64,000 nucleotides of DNA from an uncultured Bifidobacteriaceae bacterium (GTDB taxonomy: Bacteria > Actinomycetota > Actinomycetes > Actinomycetales > Bifidobacteriaceae). Positions within the stretch are counted from its first letter, which is position 1. Every line of letters begins with the position of its first letter. This document shows positions 26,283 to 36,138 of the stretch, in pieces. The translations under genes and the position numbers were made by a program. Under the pieces are notes generated by a model. It had not been told where the DNA came from. It searched no databases and worked only from the letters and a program-made list of their open reading frames with translations. The stretch covers positions 472 through 64,471 of the forward strand of contig CAMXYK010000005.1 in NCBI GenBank assembly GCA_947253155.1. The letters run 5' to 3'.

Positions 26283-27623
26283 TCATCCCTTCAACAAAGC
26301 CGTGTAAGCTGCCATCGTAATGTAGTTGTACGGCTGGTTGAAATGAGGCATGAAGAAGATGTCGCACAAAGCAAGTTCCTTAATCGTAACCTTCTTTTGA
26401 ATAGCCAGCGAGAACAGGTGAATTGCGGCAGACATATCGTAGTTAGAAGCCAACTGGCAGCCAACAATAACCTTAGAATCCTTCTTGTAAACAATGCGAA
26501 TCTTCACCTTTGGATTCTCAACTTCCATAAACGCAGGCTTTTGAGTATCCTCAAAATCAACGTAATCAACGTCCATTCCCTCTTTTTGAGCGGCAGTCAA
26601 GCTCAAACCGGTGCAAACAAGCTTGTAATCGTAAATCATCATTGCGCTAGAGCCTTGCACGCCCTCGGTCTCTACAGGAGTTCCGCAAACGTTGTGACCT
26701 GCAATCAAACCGCTTCGAACGGCGTTAGTAGCGAGTGCAATGTAGTTTACGCGGTCTCGAGCGTTGTCGTAGATTGTAGCGCAGTCGCCGATTGCGTACA
26801 CGTCTGGGTCGGAAGTTTGCTGTTTCTTGTCAACGAGGAAAGCGCCGTTAGCATACTGCTTTAAGTGATCTTTGCCAAGCGCAACGTTTGGGTGGAAGCC
26901 AATAGCGCAAATCACCATGTCTGCATCGTAAGTGCCTTTGCTTGTTTTAACAGCCTTGACTTCAGTTTCGCCAACAATTTCTTCAACAGTTTGGCCAAGT
27001 TCAAAGTGAATGCCTTTATTCTCCATAATTTGCTTCAAATTATCGGAAAACTCTGGGTCAAAGTAGCCGTTAAGAATATGGTCTTCCATGTCAATAAGAG
27101 TCACATTCTTGTTCAAGCGCTTAAAAGCTTCAGCAAGTTCCACGCCAATGTAGCCGCCGCCAAGAACCACAACATTATGGAAATCGCGCTCTTGGAGCTT
27201 AGCAATAACAGTTTGTGCATTCTGGAAAAGCTTTACCATTTGCACGTTTTCCAAATCAATGCCCTTAATGCGAGGCTTGTTTGGAAGGCTGCCGGTAGCG
27301 AGAACCAGCTTGTCGTAAGAATCGTGAATAACAGTGCCGTCTTTAAGCTCGACTGTTACTTCTTTCTTTGCGTAATCAATGTCTAAAACTTTACTTTCAA
27401 GATTTACCTTAGCGCCTTTTTTAACGAAATCTTCTGGCTTTTGGTAGAACAGACCGTCACTGCTTTGAATCTGCTTGCCAATCCACAAAGCCATTCCGCA
27501 ACCAAGGAAGGAAATATTATTATTCTGATCGTAAATTGTAAGCTCGTTTCCTGGGTAGCTCAAAATGGTGTTAGCGCATGCAGTGCCGGCGTGATTTGCG
27601 CCAATCTGAATGATCTTCGTCAT
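26283..27623 (-). CDS. nox: NADH oxidase, H2O-forming type
   Basis: GANHAG, redox Cys in SFLGCG, GGGYIG, AIGDCA, YIALATNA, FFMPHFNQP. Confidence 0.85.
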   Translation of the reverse strand: MTKIIQIGANHAGTACANTILSYPGNELTIYDQNNNISFLGCGMALWIGKQIQSSDGLFYQKPEDFVKKGAKVNLESKVLDIDYAKKEVTVELKDGTVIHDSYDKLVLATGSLPNKPRIKGIDLENVQMVKLFQNAQTVIAKLQERDFHNVVVLGGGYIGVELAEAFKRLNKNVTLIDMEDHILNGYFDPEFSDNLKQIMENKGIHFELGQTVEEIVGETEVKAVKTSKGTYDADMVICAIGFHPNVALGKDHLKQYANGAFLVDKKQQTSDPDVYAIGDCATIYDNARDRVNYIALATNAVRSGLIAGHNVCGTPVETEGVQGSSAMMIYDYKLVCTGLSLTAAQKEGMDVDYVDFEDTQKPAFMEVENPKVKIRIVYKKDSKVIVGCQLASNYDMSAAIHLFSLAIQKKVTIKELALCDIFFMPHFNQPYNYITMAAYTALLKG

Positions 27624-27912
27624 CGGTAATCTCTTTTCGTCGTTGAATCTAGTTTTAATTTTGTTTGTTTTTGCTGAATTCTGCTGGAATTAATTTAATT
27701 TAGTTTAATTTAATTCTGCTGAATTCTGTTTAAATTATGTTATGTGCTGTGTTAACTACTTTGTTTAATTTACGCCGCAGCGTGTTTGCACATCTAGCGC
27801 ACAATCTTATTACAGGAATGCTCGTCTTACCAATTTTGATTTTGTGCGTGTTGTGAGGGAGTGTTTACCCCCAAAACAGCCACTTATGGCGAAGGTGTGG
27901 TATAAAAGTCTT

Positions 27913-28629
27913 ATGTTTTCTAAACGCGCTATTACCATTTTTGCGGCTGCTGTTGTAGCTGCTTTAGCGCTTGGCACGTTGAGTGCTTGCGAGCCGCAGG
28001 GTAAAGCCGTTGGTAGCACTGGTCGCGCTGGAGACATAATTCACGACGGCATAGATATTAATGACATCCATTTACTGGTTATTGGTTCTAAGTCTGCGTC
28101 TCTTGATGATGCGATTATGCAGAAGTGCAAAATGGCAAATTTAAGCGCTTCGTACGTTCCGGTTTCAAATATAAATAATGCGAACGAAGCATCTCAGAAA
28201 GCTATTCGCGCTGCAAGTGAGCAGCCTGTTTCACTAATACTTATTAACGCGCTCGACGTAACAAGAGTTGATGAGCCTCATAATGCTAATAATCAACTAA
28301 ATAAAAAAGAAAATAATCAAAATAATCAAAATAATCAGCTTAATAACAGCGCGCGCAATAAGCAAAACGAAAGTAATTCATGGATTTCTGCGTTGCAATA
28401 CGCGCGTTATGCTGGAGTGCCAGTTGCGTTAGTAAATCCTGTGAAAGCGCCAAAAGACGAAACTTTATACGCTGCAATATTGCGAATTGGGGATATCTCG
28501 AATAATTTAGCGCCTAACAATTCTGCGCATAATAATTCCGCGCTTAAACGTTCATCTTTGCTAAGCATCGTTCGCGCAATAATCGACAATACGCCACACA
28601 GCAGGGAAGTGATTATAAATGGCAAGTAA
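27913..28629 (+). CDS. Putative lipoprotein distantly resembling sugar-binding proteins
   Basis: Hydrophobic signal with lipobox LSAC; ATG 27913 is 6 nt after TATAAA. Confidence 0.6.
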   Translation: MFSKRAITIFAAAVVAALALGTLSACEPQGKAVGSTGRAGDIIHDGIDINDIHLLVIGSKSASLDDAIMQKCKMANLSASYVPVSNINNANEASQKAIRAASEQPVSLILINALDVTRVDEPHNANNQLNKKENNQNNQNNQLNNSARNKQNESNSWISALQYARYAGVPVALVNPVKAPKDETLYAAILRIGDISNNLAPNNSAHNNSALKRSSLLSIVRAIIDNTPHSREVIINGK

Positions 28630-31303
28630 CAAGCAAAACGCAATAGCGTCTACTGAAAACACTAATAATAAAGCTATTGCGGCGCTTCCTAAAGTAGAAG
28701 TTTCTGGATTGAGCACCGAAGAAGTTGCGGAGGCGGTTTCTCGCGGAGACGTGAATATTACTTCTAAGCAAACTTCTCGCTCTTTAATGGATATTGTGCG
28801 CGCGAACGTGTTTACATTGTTTAACGCGATTATTTTCACGGCAATGGTAGTTGTGCTTGCCACAGGTTCGTGGAAAGACGCTGTTTTTGGCGCGGTAATT
28901 CTGGTGAATACTGGCATTGGCATTGTGACTGAATTAAAAGCAAAGCGCACTTTGGATAGGCTTTCTATATTGATTGCAGCTCGCGCAATGGTGCGTAGAG
29001 GCGGAGAAAATATTGAGATTGCGCACAAAGCTATTGTGCTTGGGGATATTTTGTGGCTTAGAGCTGGCGAGCAGGTTCCAGCAGACGTAGAAGTGCTGGA
29101 ATCGTGGGGATTGGAAATGGACGAGTCCATGCTTACGGGCGAGTCTGCTACAGTTCGAAAAGCACAAGGTGGCGACGTTTATTCCGGATCTACTGCAGTT
29201 TCTGGTATGGCTTTAACGCGTGTTACTGCCGTAGGAGAGCACAGTTATGCTGCAAAATTGGCGGCGCAAGCGAAGGTTTATACTAAAACAATTTCTGACT
29301 TAAGTCGTGGAATTAACACGATTTTGAAGTATATGACTATGGTTGTGGTGCCTTTGTGCGTGCTGCTTGTGTGGTCTCAAATGCATAAGGTTGGCGGATT
29401 TGTTGAAGCTTGTCAGACTGGTGCTTGGAGGGGAGCTGTTGTTTCCGCAGTTGCAGGTGTTGTTGGAATGATTCCAGAAGGCTTGGTTCTTCTTACTTCG
29501 CTTAATTTTGCGGTGGCTGCTATGCGACTTGCGCGCAAGCAAACGTTAGTTCAGGAGTTGGAATCTGTAGAAACTTTAGCGCGCGTAGACTGCTTGAACC
29601 TGGACAAAACTGGCACTATAACCGACGGTGGTATTGCATTCGTTGGTGTAGAAAATCTAGATAATAGTAGTGCTGAAATATCTTCACAAACCAACTCGCA
29701 AATCAACTCGCAAATCAACTCACAAATCAACTTGCAAACAAATCAAGCTTTATTTGACTTATCAAACGAAGAAAATCCTAACGCAACAGGCGTTGCAATT
29801 ATGGAAGGGCTTGGTGCTCAAGGAGTTGCCGCTAGCGAGCATGTATCTAATCGTCTTCCATTCTCGTCTTCTAGAAAGTGGAGCGCTGTGCAATATGCGC
29901 AAAGCAGTGGAGAATATGAAACTTGGTATATGGGTGCTCCGGAAGTATTGCTAAGCGCGATTAATTATGCAAATTCTAATGAACTTTTAGCGAAAGTTAA
30001 TTCTTATGCGGAGCTTGGTGAGCGCGTGCTGCTTCTTGCAAAAGTAAGTAGCGCTGTAAGTAGCGCTGTAAATAGCGAAAGTAGCAGCGTATGTAGCGTC
30101 GAAAATAGCGAAGTACATAGCGTCACAGAAACAGATAAAACTTTTGGTGATTCTCCAACTATTTGCGCGAGTGCTCAGCCTGTTGCGTTGGTTCGATGCT
30201 CTGAGCGTATTCGTGAAGATGCGCGTAAAACGCTTGAATGGTTCCGTGAACAGGGTGTGCGCTGCCGCGTAATTTCGGGAGATAATCCTACAACTGTTGC
30301 GGCTGTTGCTGCAAAAGTTGGGTTAACAGGAGAGCGCAAGCCTGTTGCAATGGATGCTCGAAAATTGCCAGAAGATATTAACGAATTGGCTAAAGTGCTT
30401 GAAAATGTGGATGTGCTTGGGCGTGTGCTTCCTAATCAAAAAAAGGCGATTGTTCAAGCGCTTCACACTCAAAGTCATGTTGTTGCTATGACTGGCGACG
30501 GCGTGAACGATACTTTAGCGCTTAAAGAGGCGGATTTGGGCGTTGCTATGGGCAATGCTGCTCCTGCTGCAAAAGCTGTAGCTCAAGTGGTTCTTGTTGA
30601 TTCACGCTTCTCGCATTTGCCGGATGTTGTAGCTCGCGGCAGGCAAGTGATGGCAAATATGGAACGCGTGGCTGGCTTGTTCCTTGTAAAAACTGTTTAT
30701 TCTGCGCTTATTTCTGCAGGAGTTGTGCTTCTAGCGTTGCACTTCCCGTATTTGCCTCGGCATATTACTTATATTGGTTCTTTAACTATTGGTATTCCAG
30801 CATTTTTGCTAGCTCTTGCGCCTAATACTCGTAGATACATTCCAGGATTCTTGAAGCGCGTTGTTCGTTTTGCTGTTCCTAGCGGATTTGCTATAGCAGC
30901 TTCTGTGCTCGCGACTGCTGTTATTGCTCCTAGAGTTTTGGGATTTAATCTTGACGAAAATGCAGAAAATAGTTTGAAAGCTTCACGCTTTATTGTTTCA
31001 AACGTGCAAGCTTTGGTAACCACTCGTAGCATTTGTTCCGTAATCGTATTTGTTCTCGGCATACTCGTGCTCGCAAGCGTTGCTAAACCTTTGCGCTCGT
31101 GGAGAGGAATTATGGTTGCGCTATTTGCTATAGCTGGAGTTGCTGGAGCTTTTATACCGTTTACTGCAAAATTCTTTGAACTTCACGTGCCAACTGAAGG
31201 AAACGCGTTTACTGTAATGCTTATAGCTGTTGTTTTAGCCATAATTTTATGGTTTGCGTGCGTGAGTTTAGCAAACTTGTTATCTAAACAAAGTAAGAAG
31301 TGA
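28619..31303 (+). CDS. Cation-transporting P-type ATPase (CtpE-like)
   Basis: LTGES, IPEGL, DKTGT, SGDN, TGDGVND. Confidence 0.9.
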   Translation: MASNKQNAIASTENTNNKAIAALPKVEVSGLSTEEVAEAVSRGDVNITSKQTSRSLMDIVRANVFTLFNAIIFTAMVVVLATGSWKDAVFGAVILVNTGIGIVTELKAKRTLDRLSILIAARAMVRRGGENIEIAHKAIVLGDILWLRAGEQVPADVEVLESWGLEMDESMLTGESATVRKAQGGDVYSGSTAVSGMALTRVTAVGEHSYAAKLAAQAKVYTKTISDLSRGINTILKYMTMVVVPLCVLLVWSQMHKVGGFVEACQTGAWRGAVVSAVAGVVGMIPEGLVLLTSLNFAVAAMRLARKQTLVQELESVETLARVDCLNLDKTGTITDGGIAFVGVENLDNSSAEISSQTNSQINSQINSQINLQTNQALFDLSNEENPNATGVAIMEGLGAQGVAASEHVSNRLPFSSSRKWSAVQYAQSSGEYETWYMGAPEVLLSAINYANSNELLAKVNSYAELGERVLLLAKVSSAVSSAVNSESSSVCSVENSEVHSVTETDKTFGDSPTICASAQPVALVRCSERIREDARKTLEWFREQGVRCRVISGDNPTTVAAVAAKVGLTGERKPVAMDARKLPEDINELAKVLENVDVLGRVLPNQKKAIVQALHTQSHVVAMTGDGVNDTLALKEADLGVAMGNAAPAAKAVAQVVLVDSRFSHLPDVVARGRQVMANMERVAGLFLVKTVYSALISAGVVLLALHFPYLPRHITYIGSLTIGIPAFLLALAPNTRRYIPGFLKRVVRFAVPSGFAIAASVLATAVIAPRVLGFNLDENAENSLKASRFIVSNVQALVTTRSICSVIVFVLGILVLASVAKPLRSWRGIMVALFAIAGVAGAFIPFTAKFFELHVPTEGNAFTVMLIAVVLAIILWFACVSLANLLSKQSKK

Positions 31304-31370
31304 ACAATCTAACATATTTCTAACACAATTAGTGTGTCGAAGCGAGCTTAATGATGCTTACAATAGATAC

Positions 31371-32918
31371 GTGTTTAGTATTTTAGAGATGTTTTCAGTA
31401 GGCGTTGGTCCTAGTTCTTCGCATACGGTAGGTCCTATGCGTGCAGCTTATGCGTTTGTTACGTCGCTTAAAAAAAGTGGCAATCTTAAAAACGTTGCGC
31501 ACGTAAAAGTGACGCTTTATGGCTCATTGTCTCTAACCGGTCTCGGTCACGGAACCGATCGCGCTTGTGTTGCGGGGCTTGAAGGAAATCTTCCAGATAA
31601 TGTAAATACCGAACATATGCTTACTATTCGTGAAGAATGTGGAAAAACTGGCACTTTAACTCTTGCTGGAGAGCATACTATTTCTTTTGACTACGATAAT
31701 GATGTTGTTTTTGAAAAGTGGAAACGCATGGTTATTCATCCTAACGGAATGCGTTTCGTGGCAACGGATGCTAATGGAAACAGCATAGATGAGCAAGTAT
31801 GGTACTCAATTGGCGGCGGATTTGTGCGTCAAGGTCATGCTGATGATGCAATGGTTGGGTTGCATGAGCGCGTTACTGAGCAGGATGAAAATAATCAAAG
31901 CGATAGTAACGGCGAAAGTAGTAGCGAAAGTAATAGCGAAAATAGTAACGAAAGTAATAGCGAAAGTAATAGCGAAAATACAGAAAACGTTTCAAATCAA
32001 ACAAAAGATACTACTGTACCGTATCCTTTTATTTCATGCGACGAGCTTATAAATATTTGTTTAGAAAATCATATGTCAATAAGCGATATTGTGTGGCAAA
32101 ACGAGCTTGCACTGCATGAAGGTGATGCTGACTACGTGCGCAACTATTTGCTACACGTTTGGAATGTTATGAGCAAATGCGTGGAAAATGGTTGCAATTC
32201 AAAGCAGGCGATTTTGCCAGGAGGGCTTGATGTGCCTCGTAGAGCGCCTCACATGTACGAGCGTTTAGCTGCAAATTCAGACATGCTACGCAATAATCGT
32301 CGTCGTTCTGACTCAGCTTTAGAAAGTTCGGATTCAGCTTGGGTGAATCTTTTTGCGCTCGCAGTAAGTGAAGAAAACGCTGGTGGAGGGCGCATTGTTA
32401 CTGCTCCAACGAATGGATCTGCTGGAATTATTCCTGCAGTATTGCAATATTATTGGCGGTTCGTTGATTCTGCTAATGAAGATGGAATTGTGCGTTTCTT
32501 GCTTGCTGCTGGCGCTGTTGGTTACTTGTTTAAGCGAAATGCTTCAATTTCGGGTGCTGAAGTTGGTTGCCAAGGAGAGGTTGGTTCTGCTTGTTCAATG
32601 GCTGCTGCCGGATTGTGTGAAGTATTGGGAGGAACGCCTGAACAGGTTGAGAATGCTGCAGAAATTGGTATTGAACACCATTTGGGGCTTACATGCGATC
32701 CTGTAGGCGGTTTGGTGCAAATTCCGTGCATTGAGCGTAATGCTATGGCCGCGAATACTGCAATTAATGCTGTTCGCATGGCAATGCTTGGAGATGGTTC
32801 GCATATGGTAAGTCTTGACCAAGCAATTAAGACAATGAAAGAAACTGGTCATGACATGATGTCTAAATATCGAGAAACATCAAAAGGTGGTCTAGCTGTA
32901 AACGTTGTTGAGTGCTAA
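31371..32918 (+). CDS. sdaA: L-serine ammonia-lyase (Fe-S, single chain)
   Basis: [50 protein letters not shown]. Confidence 0.92.
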   Translation: MFSILEMFSVGVGPSSSHTVGPMRAAYAFVTSLKKSGNLKNVAHVKVTLYGSLSLTGLGHGTDRACVAGLEGNLPDNVNTEHMLTIREECGKTGTLTLAGEHTISFDYDNDVVFEKWKRMVIHPNGMRFVATDANGNSIDEQVWYSIGGGFVRQGHADDAMVGLHERVTEQDENNQSDSNGESSSESNSENSNESNSESNSENTENVSNQTKDTTVPYPFISCDELINICLENHMSISDIVWQNELALHEGDADYVRNYLLHVWNVMSKCVENGCNSKQAILPGGLDVPRRAPHMYERLAANSDMLRNNRRRSDSALESSDSAWVNLFALAVSEENAGGGRIVTAPTNGSAGIIPAVLQYYWRFVDSANEDGIVRFLLAAGAVGYLFKRNASISGAEVGCQGEVGSACSMAAAGLCEVLGGTPEQVENAAEIGIEHHLGLTCDPVGGLVQIPCIERNAMAANTAINAVRMAMLGDGSHMVSLDQAIKTMKETGHDMMSKYRETSKGGLAVNVVEC

Positions 32919-33046
32919 TCTAGGACAGGTTAATCTATTAAGTTAATCTAAATTGTTTTAGTAATGCTAGATGGCTGTGCAAGACGTCTATGCAGATGTT
33001 ATACTGTTGCAGATTATACTGTTTGGAGTTGTAAAAAGGAGGCAAT

Positions 33047-33454
33047 ATGGCACAGGATATGCCAGAAGTAATTGCAGAATTTGGCACTACGCCAACGGTG
33101 ACGTTCCCGGAATCTGAACCGCCAGCAGGTCTTAAGGTTGTTGAATTAGTTGAAGGTAATGGTCCAGTAGTTCGCGCTGGTGACACTGTAACCGTGAATT
33201 ACCATGGTGTTGTTTGGGGAGCTGAAAAGCCATTTGATTCGAGCTTTGAGCGCCATATGCCAGCCAGCTTTGGTATTGGCGTTGGACAAGTTATTCAGGG
33301 TTGGGATCGCACAGTTCCGGGTCATAATGTTGGCTCTCGTCTGTTGATTTCGATTCCACCAGAGTATGGTTATGGTTCTCGCGGTGTGCCACAAGCTGGT
33401 ATTGGCGGTGGGGACACTTTAGTATTTGTTGTTGATGTTATTTCAACTCGTTGA
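33047..33454 (+). CDS. FKBP-type peptidyl-prolyl isomerase
   Basis: FDSSFER, VIQGWD, IPPEYGYG, TLVFVVD. Confidence 0.9.
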   Translation: MAQDMPEVIAEFGTTPTVTFPESEPPAGLKVVELVEGNGPVVRAGDTVTVNYHGVVWGAEKPFDSSFERHMPASFGIGVGQVIQGWDRTVPGHNVGSRLLISIPPEYGYGSRGVPQAGIGGGDTLVFVVDVISTR

Positions 33455-33541
33455 GTGAAAGTGTGCGTTTTATTTTCGCGCATGTTGGCTTGGCTGTGTA
33501 TCTATATAGCTATATAAGAGATTGTTGGATAGGAGGTAGCA

Positions 33542-34021
33542 ATGGCTGAAGAAAAAACTATTTTGCTTACGCAAGAAGCGTATGACAAGCTGAAGGAAGA
33601 ACTAGAGCATCGCGAAGGTGAGTATCGAGAAGAAATTACCGAGCGTATTGCTGCGGCTCGAGCTGAAGGTGATTTGTCGGAAAATGGCGGTTACCAAGCT
33701 GCTCGTGAGGAGCAAGGCAAGAATGAGGGCCGTATTAACGAGCTTATTGTAAAGCTTCGTAATGCTAAGATTCTTGAAGCTCCAAAAGCTGGAACTGTTG
33801 GTAACGGTTCTTTAGTAACTGTTGAACTTGCAGGTCGCGAGATGACGTATGTTCTTGGTTCTCGAGATATTGCTGTAGCAACAGATTATGACGTAATTAG
33901 CCCAGAGTCTCCAATTGGTGCAGCTATTATGGGTGCTCATGCGGGAGACACTGTTAGCTATGCGGCTCCTAATGGTCGTGAGATTTCTGTAACTATTAAG
34001 GATTCTCATCCGCTGGCGTAA
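33542..34021 (+). CDS. greA: Transcription elongation factor GreA
   Basis: ARAEGDLSENGGY, ISPESPIGAA. Confidence 0.95.
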   Translation: MAEEKTILLTQEAYDKLKEELEHREGEYREEITERIAAARAEGDLSENGGYQAAREEQGKNEGRINELIVKLRNAKILEAPKAGTVGNGSLVTVELAGREMTYVLGSRDIAVATDYDVISPESPIGAAIMGAHAGDTVSYAAPNGREISVTIKDSHPLA

Positions 34022-34110
34022 GTTGTGTGAGTTGTGTAATTCTTGCATACTTGCGTAAGTTACGTAAGTTACATGATTTTCATAATCTGCATAAGTTAAT
34101 TTTATAAATA

Positions 34111-34164
34111 TTATTCTCCCCACTTAGTTCATATTTTGAAATAAGTGGGGAGAATATTTTTTTT
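34111..34164. terminator. Bidirectional terminator between greA and lexA
   Basis: TATTCTCCCCACTTA..TAAGTGGGGAGAATA followed by a T-run. Confidence 0.8.
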
Positions 34165-34239
34165 GAGGGGTTGGGGGATAAGTTTTATATTTTTGCGGCT
34201 AAAACTGCGGCTAAAACTTATATTTTTAGCAACTATGCT

Positions 34240-34974
34240 TTATATTTTGCGCAGTACTGTAACAACTTTTCCCATAATTGTTGCATGTGAACCGTCAATT
34301 GGTGAATATGCTGGATTGTGTGGAATAAGCCAAACGTGACCATTGTCATTTCGGAAAGTTTTTACAGTTGCTTCATTGTCAAGCAATGCAGCGACGATAT
34401 CTCCATTAACTGCTTCATGCTGTTCTCGAACCACAACATAATCTCCGTCGCAAATAGCGGCATCAATCATTGAATCTCCATGAACTTCAAGCATAAAAAG
34501 ATTTCCTGTGCCTGTTAAGCGTTCTGGCAGGCGCATAACATCTTCAACATGCTGCTCAGCTGTAATAGGCATTCCTGCTGCAATTCTTCCTACTAACGGT
34601 ACGTCTCTAGAATTAATAACAGCATCAGAATCATAAGCGCTAATTTCTACTGATTGTGAATTATTTTCTTTAATTCTGTTTGCGTTTTTAGTAGGAAGCA
34701 GTGAATCGTCAATAATCTCTATTGCGCGACCTTTATTTGCGCTAATACGCAAAATTCCTTTTTCTTCTAGTGCGCGCAATTGATGTTTTACTGAAGATGG
34801 GCTACGAAGTCCAACGGCTTCGCCGATTTCGCGAAAAGAAGGAGGGAAACCATGAATTTTGAGATTGTTTTGAATAGCATTAACAATATCGCGCTGGCGC
34901 TCTGTGAGGGAAGATTCGTCAACGTTGCTTATATAAGCGGTATTATTAATGTCTTTCGTGTTTTCATTACTCAT
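34240..34974 (-). CDS. lexA: SOS repressor LexA
   Basis: PPSFREIG HTH, GRIAAG cleavage site, GDSM, ATVK; AAAGGAG RBS before ATG 34974. Confidence 0.95.
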   Translation of the reverse strand: MSNENTKDINNTAYISNVDESSLTERQRDIVNAIQNNLKIHGFPPSFREIGEAVGLRSPSSVKHQLRALEEKGILRISANKGRAIEIIDDSLLPTKNANRIKENNSQSVEISAYDSDAVINSRDVPLVGRIAAGMPITAEQHVEDVMRLPERLTGTGNLFMLEVHGDSMIDAAICDGDYVVVREQHEAVNGDIVAALLDNEATVKTFRNDNGHVWLIPHNPAYSPIDGSHATIMGKVVTVLRKI

Positions 34975-35020
34975 GGTGCTCCTTTCAATAATTTTATGAT
35001 AGCGCACTTTCTTTAAAAAA

Positions 35021-35104
35021 TCAAACATATGTTCGACACGCCGTTGCAACCCTCGAACAAATGTGTCATTATTGATACACCTGTTCGATAGAACAAATGT
35101 TCAG
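35021..35104. promoter_or_regulatory. Cluster of four LexA-box-like sites
   Basis: TCAAACATATGTTCGA (35021), TCGAACAAATGTGTCA (35053), TGATACACCTGTTCGA (35073), TAGAACAAATGTTCAG (35089) versus actinobacterial TCGAAC-N4-GTTCGA. Confidence 0.8.
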
Positions 35105-35131
35105 TTGATTGAGGATGGAGAAAGGATAGTT

Positions 35132-35515
35132 ATGAATACGTCATCTAGAAACGGTTATTATGGGGTAGCGAGAATTGAAAGACGTTCAAAACAATATGCA
35201 CACTATAGCCGCAGTATTGTTGCTAAACGCAATAGCAAGAATAAAATGATGCGTATATTAGTGTTACTTATGTCATTAGTTACGCTTTGTGCGCTGTTTA
35301 TGCCAAGAACAGCTGTTTCTGCTGTGCCTGAAAAGTTTGTAACATATACAGTGCGTCCGGGGGATAACTTATGGAATTATGCTGCGACTATTACTCCTAA
35401 AAACGGTAATGTTGCAGATAATGTTGAAAGATTAATTTCTTTTAACCATCTTTCTTCACCAGATTTAGAAGTAGGGCAGTCTATTAATGTTCCAATAGTC
35501 AGTTCTAATAAGTAG
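35132..35515 (+). CDS. LysM-domain membrane protein, ChiZ/YneA-like SOS division inhibitor
   Basis: TM helix then YTVRPGDNLW..L.VGQSINVP; divergent from lexA. Confidence 0.8.
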   Translation: MNTSSRNGYYGVARIERRSKQYAHYSRSIVAKRNSKNKMMRILVLLMSLVTLCALFMPRTAVSAVPEKFVTYTVRPGDNLWNYAATITPKNGNVADNVERLISFNHLSSPDLEVGQSINVPIVSSNK

Positions 35516-35579
35516 TGCTGAGAAAAATAAAGTGAACATTATTATGTCGTGTTTCCTTAACTTTTAGTATGCTGGATGT

Positions 35580-36035
35580 ATGCATTGTCCTTTCTGTAAA
35601 AATTCCGATACGAAAGTTGTTGATACTCGTATTAGTGAAGATGGTTACTCTATTCGTCGTAGGCGCGAATGCCAAGTGTGCGGGAATCGTTTTACTACAG
35701 TAGAAACAACGCAATTGCTTGTTATGAAGCGTTCTGGTTCAATTGAGCCTTTTGATCGAGCAAAAGTTGTAGCTGGTGTGAGTAAAGCGTGCCAGGGTCG
35801 TCCTATAAATGCGGAAGCATTAAAGATTTTAGGCATGCGCGTAGAAGCTGATTTGCGTGCGCGTGGTTTAGCACAAGTCACATCTGAGGAAGTGGGTAAA
35901 GCTATTCTGAAGCCTTTGCGTGAATTAGACGAAGTTGCATATCTTCGCTTTGCTAGTGTGTATCAAAACTTCTCTGGGCTTGAAGATTTTGAGAAAGCTA
36001 TTGAAGATTTAAAGCGCAGTAAAACGGAAGAATAA
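35580..36035 (+). CDS. nrdR: Transcriptional repressor NrdR
   Basis: MHCPFC, IRRRREC..C..RFTT, ATP cone, [10 protein letters not shown]. Confidence 0.95.
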   Translation: MHCPFCKNSDTKVVDTRISEDGYSIRRRRECQVCGNRFTTVETTQLLVMKRSGSIEPFDRAKVVAGVSKACQGRPINAEALKILGMRVEADLRARGLAQVTSEEVGKAILKPLRELDEVAYLRFASVYQNFSGLEDFEKAIEDLKRSKTEE

Positions 36036-36138
36036 AAATAGAAAATTTTAACAAATATACAACAAACATATTGTTTACTATTTTCTATTATTTATTCTTC
36101 TTAAATTGGAACTTCTTGTATTCTAATTCATACGATTA

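Noticed and set aside
34975..35131. N-terminal extensions of lexA and the LysM gene given in the ORF track
   Set aside because: They run through the SOS-box promoter region; RBS-linked ATGs at 34974 and 35132 are better starts
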